Source of the DNA: an uncultured Nitrospinota bacterium
GTDB lineage: Bacteria; Tectomicrobia; Entotheonellia; J063; CAVPRW01
NCBI GenBank assembly: GCA_963707985.1
Contig: CAVPRW010000017.1
Span: 1 to 64,000, forward strand
Reading direction: 5' to 3'
DNA: 64,000 nt
Positions 21,882 to 33,802 of this stretch are shown in pieces. Position 1 is the stretch's first letter. Every line of letters begins with the position of its first letter. The position numbers and the translations under genes are program-made. The notes beneath the pieces were generated by a model. It ran no database searches, was not told where the DNA came from, and worked only from the letters and a program-made list of their open reading frames with translations.

Positions 21882-23653
21882 CGTTTCACGAGCCCTTCCC
21901 CTTCCCGGATATACGTGAACTTATTGATGAGCGCGGCGACCTGTTCTGGCGGCAGCGTCTGTACCAGCCCACTGGGCCAGCGAATCTCTACCCGATCCAC
22001 AGCGCCGGCCGACCCGACCCCAAAATGCAGCCGTGTGGTACTTTGGCTGGCGTAACCGTTTCCGCCATTCACCTCGCTGAGATAGGAATGCCCTCCGGCT
22101 GTCAACACCACTCGGGTGCCGATCGCATCGCGGTTCGATTTGGTGCCAATCAACTTGAGCTCGACCCAGTTCCCAGTATTTTCTGTACGCCCCCGAAACA
22201 GCAACGCCGGCTGATTGGCGTTGGTCTGATAGAAATCCAACAACCCGTCGTTGTCGAAGTCGGCCACACCAATACCCCTGCCATCCAGGGCCGTATCCAC
22301 GCCTGCCTCTGCAGCCACGTCTTTAAACGTTCCATCGCCCATATTGCGGAACAGGTGCTTTTTCTGATACCCACTCCAGCTCATATCCTCGATATCCGGA
22401 TAACTATTGAGATCCGAGAAATCCACGCTGGGCCTGATGATCATCTCCACCAGTGCTGGAATGTAATTCCGCTCCCCAGCCGAGCGCAGGCCGTTCACCA
22501 CAAACAGATCTTCCCACCCGTCATTATCGAAATCGGCGAACTTGGCGGCCCAGCCCCAGCCCGTATCACAGGTCCCGGTTTCCTTCGACAGGTCGGTGAA
22601 CGTCCCATCCCCGTTGTTGTGCCACAGCATATTGCACTCTTTCATGTACTCATCGGTGATGTTGGTGACATAAATGTCCAGCCAGCCATCGCGGTCGTAA
22701 TCAGCGATGTCGACATTCATCCCCTTGCGAGTGTCGTAACCGATGGCTGTTTCTGTGACCTCCATAAACGTCCCGGTGGCATCACCCTTATTCAAAAACA
22801 GTCGATCGGTCCCGTAATCCCCGGCGATATAGACATCCTGCCAGCCGTCGTTATTGAAATCGCCGTGCCCTAGATCCAGCGTCCAGCCCGTATGGCGGCC
22901 AAATCCCGCTGCGTCGGTCACTTCCACAAATCCCCGCTCGCCATTGGCCAGTGGCACGTTGTGCCAGAGGGTCACACCGCCACCGTTATCCGCGTAATCC
23001 AGGTTATTGGGTAGGACGTGGGGTGTCTTCAAATCCAGCAGATTCACGGGCTGGAAGTAGTTCCCCAGCATGAGATCCAGCCAGCCGTCGTTGTCGATAT
23101 CGAACGCGATCACAGCAACCGTATTGCCGAACTTCGTCAATCCTACGCCCTGGCTCACATCCGTAAACCGATAGTTGCCGTCCGAGCCCGGTCCATCGTT
23201 GCGGTACAAAATCGGTGTCCCGAACCGAGCGACCAGGAGATCCACCCGACCGTCGTTGTTGTAGTCGAACCATAGCGCGTCCGCACAGATGGACTGCGTG
23301 TCGTTTCCTCCGGCCACGCCAGCGCTCTCGGCGACGTCGGTAAAGGTCATGTCGCCGTTGTTGCGCATTAAATGGTGCGGTTTGCCCGTATCCGAATCCA
23401 TCACAAACAGATCATCAAAGCCGTCGTTGTTGTAATCACCCACCGCCACCGCCGCCCCGCCGTAGGTGAACATCTCCAGCACCTGGGCCTTGTGCTGACC
23501 GGTAAATTTGCGCGGCGAGTGGACAAACCGTACGCCTGCCCGCTCACCGATCTCCTCAAACGTGAGCCTCGCATGGCCGGGCATCTCCGCTGCCCACGTT
23601 GCTGACGCTAGGGCGAGCCAACACGCTGCAAGCCCAGAGCCAGCCCTCCACAT
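21878..23653 (-). CDS. FG-GAP + ASPIC/UnbV (CRTAC1-like) protein, exported; start uncertain
   Basis: Signal MWRAG..ASATWA; many DYNNDG repeats; SNRDAIG..GGNGY..LHFGVG..IRWPSG. Confidence 0.9.
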   Translation of the reverse strand: MWRAGSGLAACWLALASATWAAEMPGHARLTFEEIGERAGVRFVHSPRKFTGQHKAQVLEMFTYGGAAVAVGDYNNDGFDDLFVMDSDTGKPHHLMRNNGDMTFTDVAESAGVAGGNDTQSICADALWFDYNNDGRVDLLVARFGTPILYRNDGPGSDGNYRFTDVSQGVGLTKFGNTVAVIAFDIDNDGWLDLMLGNYFQPVNLLDLKTPHVLPNNLDYADNGGGVTLWHNVPLANGERGFVEVTDAAGFGRHTGWTLDLGHGDFNNDGWQDVYIAGDYGTDRLFLNKGDATGTFMEVTETAIGYDTRKGMNVDIADYDRDGWLDIYVTNITDEYMKECNMLWHNNGDGTFTDLSKETGTCDTGWGWAAKFADFDNDGWEDLFVVNGLRSAGERNYIPALVEMIIRPSVDFSDLNSYPDIEDMSWSGYQKKHLFRNMGDGTFKDVAAEAGVDTALDGRGIGVADFDNDGLLDFYQTNANQPALLFRGRTENTGNWVELKLIGTKSNRDAIGTRVVLTAGGHSYLSEVNGGNGYASQSTTRLHFGVGSAGAVDRVEIRWPSGLVQTLPPEQVAALINKFTYIREGEGLVKR

Positions 23654-23684
23654 TCCAAGTCCAGATGCCACGGTCCCAGTCCCC

Positions 23685-24554
23685 TCAATTCGCTTTTCCC
23701 GAGATCTCACCCTCAGTGGTATCCACGTGCCTCCCCGTCTCGACATGCGTCGGCGGGACTTGGTGGTCTTGCCCTGGGTGGACCAGCGATGCCGTATCTT
23801 CCCAGATGGCGCTGACATTGGTATCGACGCGCTTGCCGGGTTCGAAGTGAGCCGTGAGGAAGGCGTTCAAGGCTTTGTCGTCTTGCTCCAGGAGCACCTG
23901 CAATTCTTCATTGCCGGGAAAGAACTCCAACGCCTCCCGCCAGATCTGCCGGGCTTTTTCCATGTCACTCAGCCGCCAGTAGGCCTCACCCAGGCCTCTA
24001 TAGGCCCGCGCCTGATAGTTGTGCCTGTCCATCTGCTTGGACAACTCGATAGCCTTTTCCAGGTCGGCAATCCCCAACCGCGTCCGCCCGAAAATCGCCG
24101 GCCAGTATAAGTAGCTGTTGCCCCTCGTATAGCGCCCCAACCAACTCTCCTCCAGATCAAGGGCCGCACTAAAATGTCCAAGAGCCGTATTCGCGAGGAG
24201 CACCTGGGTAATCGCCCCCTCTGACGGAATCTTGTCCACGTAGGCATAGCCTAAGTTCATCCAGGCATTCGGCGCCTTTGGATGATCGGCTACCAGTTGC
24301 TTGAAGAAGGCAATACACCGGTCGTAGGTCTTCACCTGGTTGATCTTCACCCCAGTTAAGCGATACGCATTGCCGTAGCGCAAATTGTTAGGATCAGCTT
24401 GCAACGCCGCCTCGAAGCCGGCCAGGGCTGCCTCGTAATCTGCGGCCTGTGCGGCCTGCACGGCTTCCTGAAACAGGGACTCAGCCTCCTGGGCCTGTGC
24501 CGTGTCGAAAAGGCCTAAAGCCGTTGTCAGCACAACAGCCGCTATCCATCCCAT
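23685..24554 (-). CDS. Exported TPR protein
   Basis: Signal ..TAQA; TPR-like AWMNLGYAY, AYRGLGEAY, ALEFFPGN. Confidence 0.8.
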   Translation of the reverse strand: MGWIAAVVLTTALGLFDTAQAQEAESLFQEAVQAAQAADYEAALAGFEAALQADPNNLRYGNAYRLTGVKINQVKTYDRCIAFFKQLVADHPKAPNAWMNLGYAYVDKIPSEGAITQVLLANTALGHFSAALDLEESWLGRYTRGNSYLYWPAIFGRTRLGIADLEKAIELSKQMDRHNYQARAYRGLGEAYWRLSDMEKARQIWREALEFFPGNEELQVLLEQDDKALNAFLTAHFEPGKRVDTNVSAIWEDTASLVHPGQDHQVPPTHVETGRHVDTTEGEISGKAN

Positions 24555-24572
24555 GTCGAGTTTCTCTCCCCA

Positions 24573-26447
24573 CTAATGACGATTTTTCCGTATCTCCACA
24601 CCATGCACTGAGCCGGTCTCTGACAGGCCCTTCGAGCCCTGCGGCTGGAACGGCTGGATCTCGGACTGGCCCTCAACAATGGTATAGATCCGGTCGGGCT
24701 GGAGGTTCGTAAACGTCTGCCTCACCCCCGAAGGCCAGGCGACTTCTAGGCGTTCGATCAGCATCGCCTTGCCAAGACCGAAATGCACCCGCATCGAGCT
24801 CTGGCTAGCAAACCCGTTCCCCCCATTCACAAACCCAACCTGTGTCTGCCCGCCGGCTGTGATCCACAGTCGCGCCCCCACCGCAAGCGGATTCGATCGG
24901 GTACCCTGCAGCGAAAATTGTGCCCAGCGGTTGCCAGTGGGCTGGAGGTTTCGGTACAGTAAAGGCTTGGCATTGGCATTTGAAACCAACAAATCTAGCC
25001 GGCCGTCGTTGTCAAAATCGGCCACGGCAATCCCTCGTCCGTCCAGCTTGGAATTCAACCCGTGGCGCGCCGCTTCATTCGTAAATTGCGTCCCTTCCTG
25101 GTTGTGAAACAGGCATTTCTCCTGGTAGCCGCTCAGCGTCTTGTTCCCCATCGGCGGCCATTTGCGGGCGTCGGAAAGGTCGACGTTGGGACTGGTGATC
25201 AACTGAAAAATGTCCACCACGTAGTTCTCTTCCCCAGCTGATACCCAGCCGTTGACGACGTAGAGGTCCAGCCAACCGTCGTTGTCATAGTCGAAAAACT
25301 TCCCGGCCCAGCCCCATCCAGTATCGTATGTGCCGGTTTCGCGAGCGACGTCGGTGAACGTGAGGTCCCCATTGTTCTTCCACAGGAAGTTGCCCTCCCG
25401 CATGTACTCATCCGTAATGTTGGTCACATACACATCGAACAGGCCGTCATTGTTAAAATCGCCCCAGTCCGCATTCATCCCCTTTTTGGTGTCGACGCCG
25501 ATGGTCTTCTCCGTCATGTCCGAGAAGGTCCCATCGCCGTTGTTCACGAAAAACCGGTCCTGACCGAAATCCACCGCCACATACAGGTCGTCGTCTCCGT
25601 CATGGTCCACATCGGCATGGCCCAGGTCCAGAACCCATCCAGAACACCGCAGCCCGGCCTTGTCCGTCACCTCGGTGAACGTCCCATCCCCATTGTTGTG
25701 ATAGAGCGTCACCCCTCCACCGTTGTTGGCGGTCTCAAAGCTCTCAGGGAAGAAGTGCGGCGTCGACGGGTTGAACAGGTTGACCGGCTGGAAATAATTG
25801 CCGAACAGAATGTCCAGGTAGCCGTCCCGATCGTAATCGAAGGCAATGGCCACGATGCTGTTGAGGTACTGCTGGTTCAGCCCGGCCCGTGTGCTGACGT
25901 CCCTGAACGTCCCGTCTCCCAGATTCTCAAACAACAAGCTATGGCCAAACCGTACCACTAGCAGGTCGAGCCTACCGTCGTTGTTGTAATCGAACCACAG
26001 CGCATCAGCCGAGGCATTGGATGCGTCGTTTCCGTTGGCGATACCGGCGGCCTCACCCACCTCCGTGAATGTAAAATCTCCGTTATTGCGGTAGAGCAGA
26101 TTTTTGCCGTTGTCTTGGGAAGTCGTCGCAAAGAAGTCCTCGAAGCCATCGCCGTTGTAATCGCCTACAGCCACCGCAGCCCCCAGGGCCGTATATCCCT
26201 TCATAATGTTCGCGTAGGCATTGTTGAACGACCGATTGGTATGTTTGTGTAGCACCCCGGCCCGCTCGGCCACCTCCTCAAACCAGCTCCCGTCCGTCTG
26301 CTCTGCAGCCGAGGATACCGATGGCCAGTTTCCCAGCAACACGGCGGCCAAGCCGACCACTACAAGACCGTGTGCCCCCCACTGCAAAGCCTTCTCAGAC
26401 ACCCTCAGGTTCATTATTTGCCGACTTTCCGTGCTCTCCAGCTCCAT
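24573..26447 (-). CDS. FG-GAP + ASPIC/UnbV (CRTAC1-like) protein, exported; alternative start 26414
   Basis: Close paralog of 21878-23653 (KGMN, TDEYM, GWGW, SGYQ, LDGRG) with a UnbV C-terminus. Confidence 0.9.
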   Translation of the reverse strand: MELESTESRQIMNLRVSEKALQWGAHGLVVVGLAAVLLGNWPSVSSAAEQTDGSWFEEVAERAGVLHKHTNRSFNNAYANIMKGYTALGAAVAVGDYNGDGFEDFFATTSQDNGKNLLYRNNGDFTFTEVGEAAGIANGNDASNASADALWFDYNNDGRLDLLVVRFGHSLLFENLGDGTFRDVSTRAGLNQQYLNSIVAIAFDYDRDGYLDILFGNYFQPVNLFNPSTPHFFPESFETANNGGGVTLYHNNGDGTFTEVTDKAGLRCSGWVLDLGHADVDHDGDDDLYVAVDFGQDRFFVNNGDGTFSDMTEKTIGVDTKKGMNADWGDFNNDGLFDVYVTNITDEYMREGNFLWKNNGDLTFTDVARETGTYDTGWGWAGKFFDYDNDGWLDLYVVNGWVSAGEENYVVDIFQLITSPNVDLSDARKWPPMGNKTLSGYQEKCLFHNQEGTQFTNEAARHGLNSKLDGRGIAVADFDNDGRLDLLVSNANAKPLLYRNLQPTGNRWAQFSLQGTRSNPLAVGARLWITAGGQTQVGFVNGGNGFASQSSMRVHFGLGKAMLIERLEVAWPSGVRQTFTNLQPDRIYTIVEGQSEIQPFQPQGSKGLSETGSVHGVEIRKNRH

Positions 26448-28947
26448 AGGGCTTTTCCATCAACTGAGATGGGCCCTCCTTGATCTCGTAGTACCTGTTG
26501 GCTGCGACGTGTTCAAAGCGCTGCACAATGCCCGAGCGTGGCCAGCGCACGATCATCTCATCCGCCTGCGCGGCTCGGTCCAGCCCAAAGTGCAGATGCA
26601 GAGTGCTCTGTGAGCTATAACTGTCGCCCACAATTACCTCGCGCATCTGCTGGAGTCCATTGGCTCGAATGGTCACCCGTGCCCCCACGGCGTCCCGGTT
26701 GGTGCCATGGTCCAGCTCTCCGGCGGCACCGATGAGCTTCACGACCAACCAGTTACGGCCGGAAGCAATGTCGTTGCGCAACAGGGCGTGCCGATCGGTC
26801 GACGCGGCCACCGCAATGTCTAGTACGCCACGGTTCCAGAAATCCGCTACGGCCGTCCCTCGGCTGTTGAGTAAAAGGTCTGTATTCATGGCGCGACCGA
26901 TCTCTGTAAACGTCCCGTCCCCATTGTTGCGCAAATAGCGGTTGCGCTCCCAGCCGTGCCATGACTGTGTGCCGAAATAACGGGGATCGAAGAGGTAGCC
27001 TGTCTTGTAGAGCCACTGCTCACTGACCACCTTGTTCAGAAAGTCCAGTTCGATTTCGGTGTCCTTGTCGTTGTATACCCAGCCGTTGGCGGCATAGATG
27101 TCCTGCCAGCCGTCATTATCGAAATCGGCCAGGTTCGTCCCCCAGAACCACCCAGGCGGATTGGCATTGGCCTTCCAAGTCACGTCCTCAAACGTGCCGT
27201 CCCCCTTGTTCCGGAGCAACGTGTTCCCCGAGGCCATATCTTTGAAGACTCGAACAAATTTGAACCCAGACTGTTTGAAGATCTCAAGAAACATCGGCAT
27301 CGCCGTCCGCCACACCCCCTGGCGCCAGGTCGTGATCAAGTAGCGGAACACCGTTGGCCACTCGGCAAACCATGCCTCTTCGGAGCGGATGTGGGCCACG
27401 TACAGGTCTAGCCGTCCGTCGTTATCGTAATCGCCAATCGTGGCGCTCATCCCCGCTCCGTAGGCCAGCGTGCCCGTCTGTACTGTGACATCCGTGAACG
27501 TGCCATCGCGGTTGTTCCGATACAGCGTTTTGCGTCCAAAATCGTTGGCCACGAATAAGTCCGGATACCCATCGTCGTTGTAGTCCCCAAAGGCCGTTCC
27601 CAAACACAGCCCAACATCGCCCACGCCGGCCGACTCGGTCACATTGGTGAACGTCCCATCCCCGTTGTTGCGGTACAGCTGATTAGGCTCCCCGTTGCGG
27701 GCATAAAATGTGGTGGGAATGTCTTTCCTTGGATCGAGGTAGCGGCCAACATAGAGGTCCAGCCAGCCATCGTTGTTATAGTCCGCCCATGCCGCCGCGG
27801 TCGTGCAGTTGTCCGCCCCAATGCCGGCCTGTGCGGTCACATCCTCAAACGTGCCGTCCCCGCGGTTGTGGAACAGCTGGTTGGGCTTGAACGAGCGGCT
27901 GACAAACAGGTCTTTGTACCCATCGTTGTCATAATCTGCAAACAGCGCCACAGTCACCCCATCCAAGCCCGTCAGGCCCGGCCTGTGCGGTCACATCCTC
28001 AAACGTCCCGTCCCCGTTGTTGCGGAACAGCTTGGCTTCAACACCGTCAGGAATGAACAGGTCGTAATACCCATCGTTGTCGTAGTCGACAACCGTGATC
28101 CCGGCTGGCCCGTACCGGATCATCCCGAATTTCAGCGGCTGGTCGAGAAACGCAGGATAATACTGGTTGACAAAATCAATGCCGGCCTCGGCTGCTACAT
28201 CGACAAACAGGGGCCGTGAGCTGATGATCCGGTCGCCTTGGATGAGCTCCGCCCGGCGGATGTGGAACGGTTTCTGCGATGCGTCAACATGCATCCGGAA
28301 GTATGCCCGATCGATCCCCATCTGGAGTTCCCCTTCGGGCACCCCGATCAGCTCAAAACGCACGCTGGCCACCACCTCATCCGTGCCGCGCCATTTTTCC
28401 ATGCGGTCCAGATGCAACCGCACCTCATCAATCGACGCGAACCCCTTGAGATAGGCCTGCCACTCCGCCAGCGCGGCCTGGCGGTCGGAGGTTTCAGGCG
28501 TCGACTGCAACGCATAGATGCGCACACCGTCTCGGTTGTCCATGAGCTGTAAATTGGTCAACCCTAGCAGGCAACCCTGAAAGTCCGGTGCGTAAAACCC
28601 TTCCAGGGTCGTGAGGTCCCGGGCGCGGAGCCCCCTGGCCATCGGTGTTGAGTGCCACCACGATGTCCCGGCCTTTGGAGAAAAATTCCCGGCCCACGCG
28701 GTCGACATAGGTCACCATCCCCCAGGACAGGGCAGCCAACAGTGCCACTGCAACTCCCAGGATCACCATGCCGCCATACAGGGCCAGCCGACACGACCAC
28801 CGCGACTCCCAGCCAAATTAGCCATCGGCGCCGGCGGAACGATTTATCCCCGTCTGAGAGACGAGCCTCCTCCGGGAGTGCTTTCTCAAGCATGCGGGAT
28901 GACTCGACGGCCTGCGCTTCGTATGCAGCCTTGCTCGTATTCGCCAT
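26395..28947 (-). CDS. Membrane-anchored FG-GAP + ASPIC/UnbV protein with an extra N-terminal domain; frameshifts near 28780, 28630 and 27970
   Basis: RRRRW plus TM segment, an N-terminal alpha/beta domain, DYDNDG repeats, TNRDAVGA..LHFGL..VRWP. Confidence 0.85.
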
Positions 28948-29270
28948 GGCCGGTCCTAACCCTCGAATTTTTGCACTGGTTGCGAGTTTTGTGAATCGTT
29001 CTAACTCATTGGAGTAGTACGGGGAAACGTGATGCGTGAGCTTGACATAACAAGCACCGTAAACAAGGTTTGGGCACAAGGAATACACGGGCAAAAGACA
29101 CCCGCCTCAACGCCCACCCCTCGATCCAAACCGGGGTTCAAGGCATGTTTCTACCTGCCCCCTCTTGGGGATACCGTTGCTGACCTATACTTAAATCATT
29201 GAGGAGCTTCTTCTGCGCAACCTCGAACTCGCAACCAGCCCGTTCCAGTTTGGATGTCAATACCTAGGGG

Positions 29271-29585
29271 ATTAGGCAAATGGTAAGCGTCCAAGCGGGC
29301 TCAGACAATAGATCAAGGACCCAGATACAGATCTAGAGGACCAAAAAAAAGGGCCTACATCGAGTAGACCTACTAGGGGTTTGACGGGATTGGTACTAGT
29401 ACTAATGATAGACATGAGAAGGGTAAACATGAGAAAGGATGAAAGGCGCTATATCGTGTGGGAACGTCTGTCGTTGCTTCGCGGGTTCGAGCAGATGGGG
29501 CGGGCTGGAAGGGGCAGCAGCAACGGGCACAGCCTGGGAGAGAGGCTCGTACGAGATTTCTCTCACACGATCCGTCGCCTCCCCG
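29271..29585. repeat. ~310-bp intergenic duplication, copy 1
   Basis: Colinear with 35251-35554 (e.g. gctcagacaatagatc, ggacccagatacagatctagag, gtactagtac, tccgtcgcctcccc). Confidence 0.9.
29343..29370 (-). terminator. Intrinsic terminator-like hairpin plus U8
   Basis: Minus strand GGUCUAC-UCGAU-GUAGGCC-C-U8. Confidence 0.65.
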
Positions 29586-29695
29586 AATGACCCTGTCGGA
29601 GCCATCTTACGCTCTTCTACACATTTGAATTCTCTAAGGTAAATGTCTTTCCTACAGATGTCTCAGCGCAGCACTTCCTCCCAAGCCCGCTCATG

Positions 29696-30320
29696 TCAAG
29701 CCGTTCGCGGAAAACCACGGTGTGCGAGGATATCGGTAATTTGGGACTGATGCCTCTGCTCGTGGAGTGCGACAATGCGCAGCAATTGCAGCACATTGTT
29801 GACGCCCAACAGCGGGTGTTGGTGCATCATCGCGTGATAGTCCAGCGTGGGGTTCGCTGCAAAGAGAGCCTCCGTCTCTTGCCGAGCAGTGCGCAACTCC
29901 TGGCGCAGCTCGTCGAGGGATCGACCCTTGCGTGGTATCCCAACATCCGGGCTTTGCGCCGGCACCAGTCGATTACGAATCAGGAATTCGCGTACGGAGC
30001 GTGGCACGACCATGCTCCACAACCGAAATGGCACTTCGAGAAAGTGCAGCATAGCCTTTGGGATGTATGCGATGGAAGCATTCATATCCGCGAACGTGCG
30101 CTTGAGATACGGCCTGCAGCCGCTTTTCGCCAAGTCGATCAGCTCCGCGATGTTCCGGCGATTGAGAGCCTCTCCCAGCAGTAGGTGGTCCAGGACCTCT
30201 CCCACAGACCACTGGCCGGGGCCGGGCGAGAATTCGATCTGGGTTTGGGTCAGTCCTTCAAGGAGATTCTAAGGTGCGCTGTCGGGCGGCGCCAAACAAG
30301 GCGAGGTCGGTTTGATACAT
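29696..30320 (-). CDS. DinB family protein; frameshift near 30265
   Basis: WSVGEVLDHL..HQHPLLG..LHEQRHQSQI (metal-binding His triad). Confidence 0.88.
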
Positions 30321-30432
30321 GGGTACTCTCCTTTTGAACCCAGAGCCGTTTTGCCGAAGCTCGGTATCATCATCTCGGGCGAGAGGCGGAAAGAACACCT
30401 GAAAGCGGCAAGAGAAGCGGTTCCGCCACATC

Positions 30433-31056
30433 TCAACCTGCTTTGGGGAACTGGGCATTCGTGAGAAGGTCGGATATATGCGCTTGGTGGCGCTCTTCGT
30501 GCAGTCCCATGGTGTACAGCAGATGGGGAACATTTTGGGTGCCCAACAATGGATGTTGGTGCTTCATCTTGTCATAGTCGAGGTCAGGGTTGGCTGCAAA
30601 CAGTGCCTCCAATTCATCTAGGGAATAGTGCAGCCCATCACGCAGTTCGGCTGTGGACCTGCCCCGGCGCGGGGTGGCCGTATCTGCCGCTCGGGCGGGG
30701 ATCAGTCGATAACGCACAAAAAATTCCCGTACGCCGTCCGGCACGAACGTATTCAGAAAGTTCAAGGGGACTTCAAGGACCGGCAGCAAGCACTTCGGCA
30801 TGAAGAAGGGGGTAATATTAAACTCAGCAGCCGAGCGATAGATGAGCGGGGGCTTGCCGGCCTTGGTGAGTGCGATCAGTTCAGCAACATCCCTGCGGAT
30901 GATCTCGACGGATAAGATGAGATGGTCCACTACTTCGCCGATGGACCACGTACCGGGCGCGGGTGCAAAATCCAGCTGTGCCTGCGAGAGTCCCTGGACC
31001 ATGGCCAGGGTGCGCGCGCGAATGGCGCGAAAGCGTTCGAGATGAGTTTTCAACAT
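30433..31056 (-). CDS. DinB family protein
   Basis: WSIGEVVDHL..HPLLG..LHEERHQAHI. Confidence 0.9.
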   Translation of the reverse strand: MLKTHLERFRAIRARTLAMVQGLSQAQLDFAPAPGTWSIGEVVDHLILSVEIIRRDVAELIALTKAGKPPLIYRSAAEFNITPFFMPKCLLPVLEVPLNFLNTFVPDGVREFFVRYRLIPARAADTATPRRGRSTAELRDGLHYSLDELEALFAANPDLDYDKMKHQHPLLGTQNVPHLLYTMGLHEERHQAHISDLLTNAQFPKAG

Positions 31057-31059
31057 GCA

Positions 31060-31271
31060 TTAATCTCCCCGGCGGCACGCGGCGTGACAGAGGGCCGGCA
31101 CGGGCTCCCGCAAGCACCAGTAGATCGAAGACCTTCCGTCCAGAGACAATCTGGCACTTTGCTCGTGATCTCCTCGACGGGGTACGATAACTCCTGAGAG
31201 TTGAGGGAGTACAGCTACTCTATCCCTGGGGCGTGGTCATCGATCGATGATCGCGTGCTCAGCACGCTCAT
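31060..31271 (-). pseudogene. Carotenoid oxygenase remnant with most of the gene internally deleted
   Basis: MSVLSTRSSIDDHAPG..ELSYPVEEIT matches the 5' end of 41371-42821; the 3' end matches its last ~50 nt; in-frame stop present. Confidence 0.8.
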
Positions 31272-31323
31272 ACCGGTTTCCTCTCATGTGTGCACCGTGC
31301 TGGTTCCACTCGCATCAGCAGCA

Positions 31324-33724
31324 CTACCAATTGCCCAGGTTATCATGAGAACCATCGGGTTGCGAGCCTATTACAGTGCGGTTGGGATAGACAGATTCCC
31401 AGCCGGCTTTGCCTTCGATGATCCGAATCGTGGTGTTGACGGGCGGACGTTCGATTCGCTGTGTCAACCCACTGGGCCACACGATGGCGAGAGCTTCGGC
31501 CTCCCGAAGGGCTGCGAGGCCGAAGTGCTGCTCATATGGCAGACACCCGAAGCCGCTGCCACCTCCTACGAGCCTGTGCTGGCTTTTTCCACCCGCATCC
31601 AGGCGGACTCGACCGCCGATGGCGTTGCGGTTGCTCTTGGTCCCGACCAGCCTGACATTCAAATAGTTGCCCGGTAGCTTTGTGGGACGGTACACCGAGG
31701 TCGTGATCAAGTCCCCCGGATAGGCTCCTCCCGAGGCCATCATCAGGCTCAATCTCCCATCACCCGCGAGATCAGCCATATTGGCGCCGTGCCCTTTACC
31801 GATAAAAGGAAAGCCTGCAGCAAACGTCACATTCCTAAACCTGCCTGTGCCATCGTTCTCCAGAAGAATTTGCGGCTCCGTGCGGTTCATATGCGGATCA
31901 CCGTTGCCGAGCAGGAAGTCAATCGCGCCATCGTTATTGAAGTCACCCGCATTGGCGCTCATTGTGCCCCAGCAACCCGTAATCCCAATTTCCCGGTTTT
32001 TCAAGCTAAACGTGCCGTCGCGGTTATTGTGGTAGATGCGCATGGGCCGCCCCTCGGGAGGGCCCTCGCCATGGATGAGGGTGTGCAAAACATGATCTTC
32101 AGGGGACCAGGTGCACTGGACCAGGTCTAGCCAGCCGTCGTTGTCATAATCGCACCAAAACGCCACGGAGCCAAACGCGAGATCATCGAGACGTGCCTCC
32201 CGGCTCACCTCCGTAAAGGTTCCATCCCTGTTATTGCGGAACAGCTGCGAACGCCCCACACCGCTGCTCAGAAACAGATCAGGATAGCCATCGTTGTTGT
32301 AATCGCCCCAGGCACTCCCAATGGTCGGGACCATCGTGATCAGGCCCGCCGGCGCGGACACCTCGGTAAAGGTGCCATTGCCGTTGTTGTGGAACAGGCG
32401 ATTCGGATTCTTGCGGTCGAATAAGCTGGACAGATTATTTGCGACAAAAAGGTCGAGATAGCCGTCGCAATCGTAGTCAACCCAGTGTGCGGTGAAACTC
32501 GGTCCCCAGCACCCAACTCCGGCCTCGGCTGTCACGTTGGTGAACGTGCCGTTGCCATTATTCCGCAGCAGCATGGACTCGCCTACGTAGAAGCCGAGCC
32601 GGGTGATGTAGAGATCATCCAGGCCATCGTTGTTATAGTCGCCGACGGCAATGATAAACGTGTTGACGCACTCTTCGAGGCCGGAGCCGATGGTCACGTC
32701 GGTGAAAGTCCCGTCCCCGTTGTTACGGTACACCGAGCAGCCGCCGTGTCCTGAGGAGATGATAACGTCAAGATAACCATCACCGTCCATGTCGAAAATG
32801 GCCGTACCCCGACCGGCAGCCGTTTTGTCGAGACCAATTTGTGCGGCCACATCTTCGAATTCCACACTCGGCGTGCCGCGCCCGGCTTTCACCTCGATCC
32901 GGAATGGCTCCGGCACCGCCGCCGGATAACCTCCGAGTTGCTGTGCCGCCAGCCAAAGCCAGAAGCGCGTTCGCAAGCTATCGGGAGCAGATTGCAGCGA
33001 GCCGACCCCATGTTCTATGGCCTGTCGATAATCACCCCCGCGGTAACTCGCCACGGTGGCTTCGCTCAGCGCTTCGGCCCGCAGCGCTGGATCAGTCGCC
33101 GTGTGTACCAGCTCCCTTGCGGATTCCGGATAGAGCCCCAGCTTTGCATACATTTTGCCCAGCTGCAACCTGACAGCATGATTATCGGGATTCCTTTCGA
33201 GCTGCCTCTGATATCGTGCCATCTGTTCCTTGTACTGGAGACTGACCATGACGTGGATGTCGGTAAACGAATCGAGCATGTACGACATGAATCCGGAGAC
33301 TTTGTCGGGACCCACCACAGACGCGGCATACAGCGTCCGCAGGCTGAGCTGGGTCGTCAAGGTGCCCCAGGACAGGGGCAACTGAAGCGGTAGCGTGAGC
33401 CATTGGCGCGGATCGGCAGGGTTGAGACCGGCAAAGCTCTGTTGTAAGGAAAACGCGAGCTCGCGCCCCAGCTCCGCGGCATTTTCCGGTCGCAACGGGA
33501 GTTGTCCAGGCGATCCGCACCAGGCGGTTGCAGAGGTCTGCGACGGCTTCATCAAGTGTCACAGGGCCGTGGAGAGGCGGCTTCACCGGTAGTTCGGCGG
33601 GTGCGACGCCTGTCAGTCGGCCGATGGCAGACTGCATGGTCTTCATCGCCGAATCCATCATCACCATGCCACTCTCGGCGACCTCGGCCGAGACACGAAA
33701 CAGAGAATCGAACCATGTCGTCAT
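31324..33724 (-). CDS. Cytoplasmic TPR + FG-GAP + ASPIC/UnbV protein; frameshift near 33500
   Basis: Amphipathic N-terminus with no signal peptide; TPR (LQLGKMYAKLG); DYNNDG repeats; KGHGA; GGAYPGD; SNRNAIG..QHFGL..WPSG. Confidence 0.88.
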
Positions 33725-33802
33725 AACCCTCCCGAACGGCGCTGCGGCCTTCGCTGCAAGAGTGCATGTTCCCTATGGCTGCGACGATACGCCCTGGGGC
33801 CA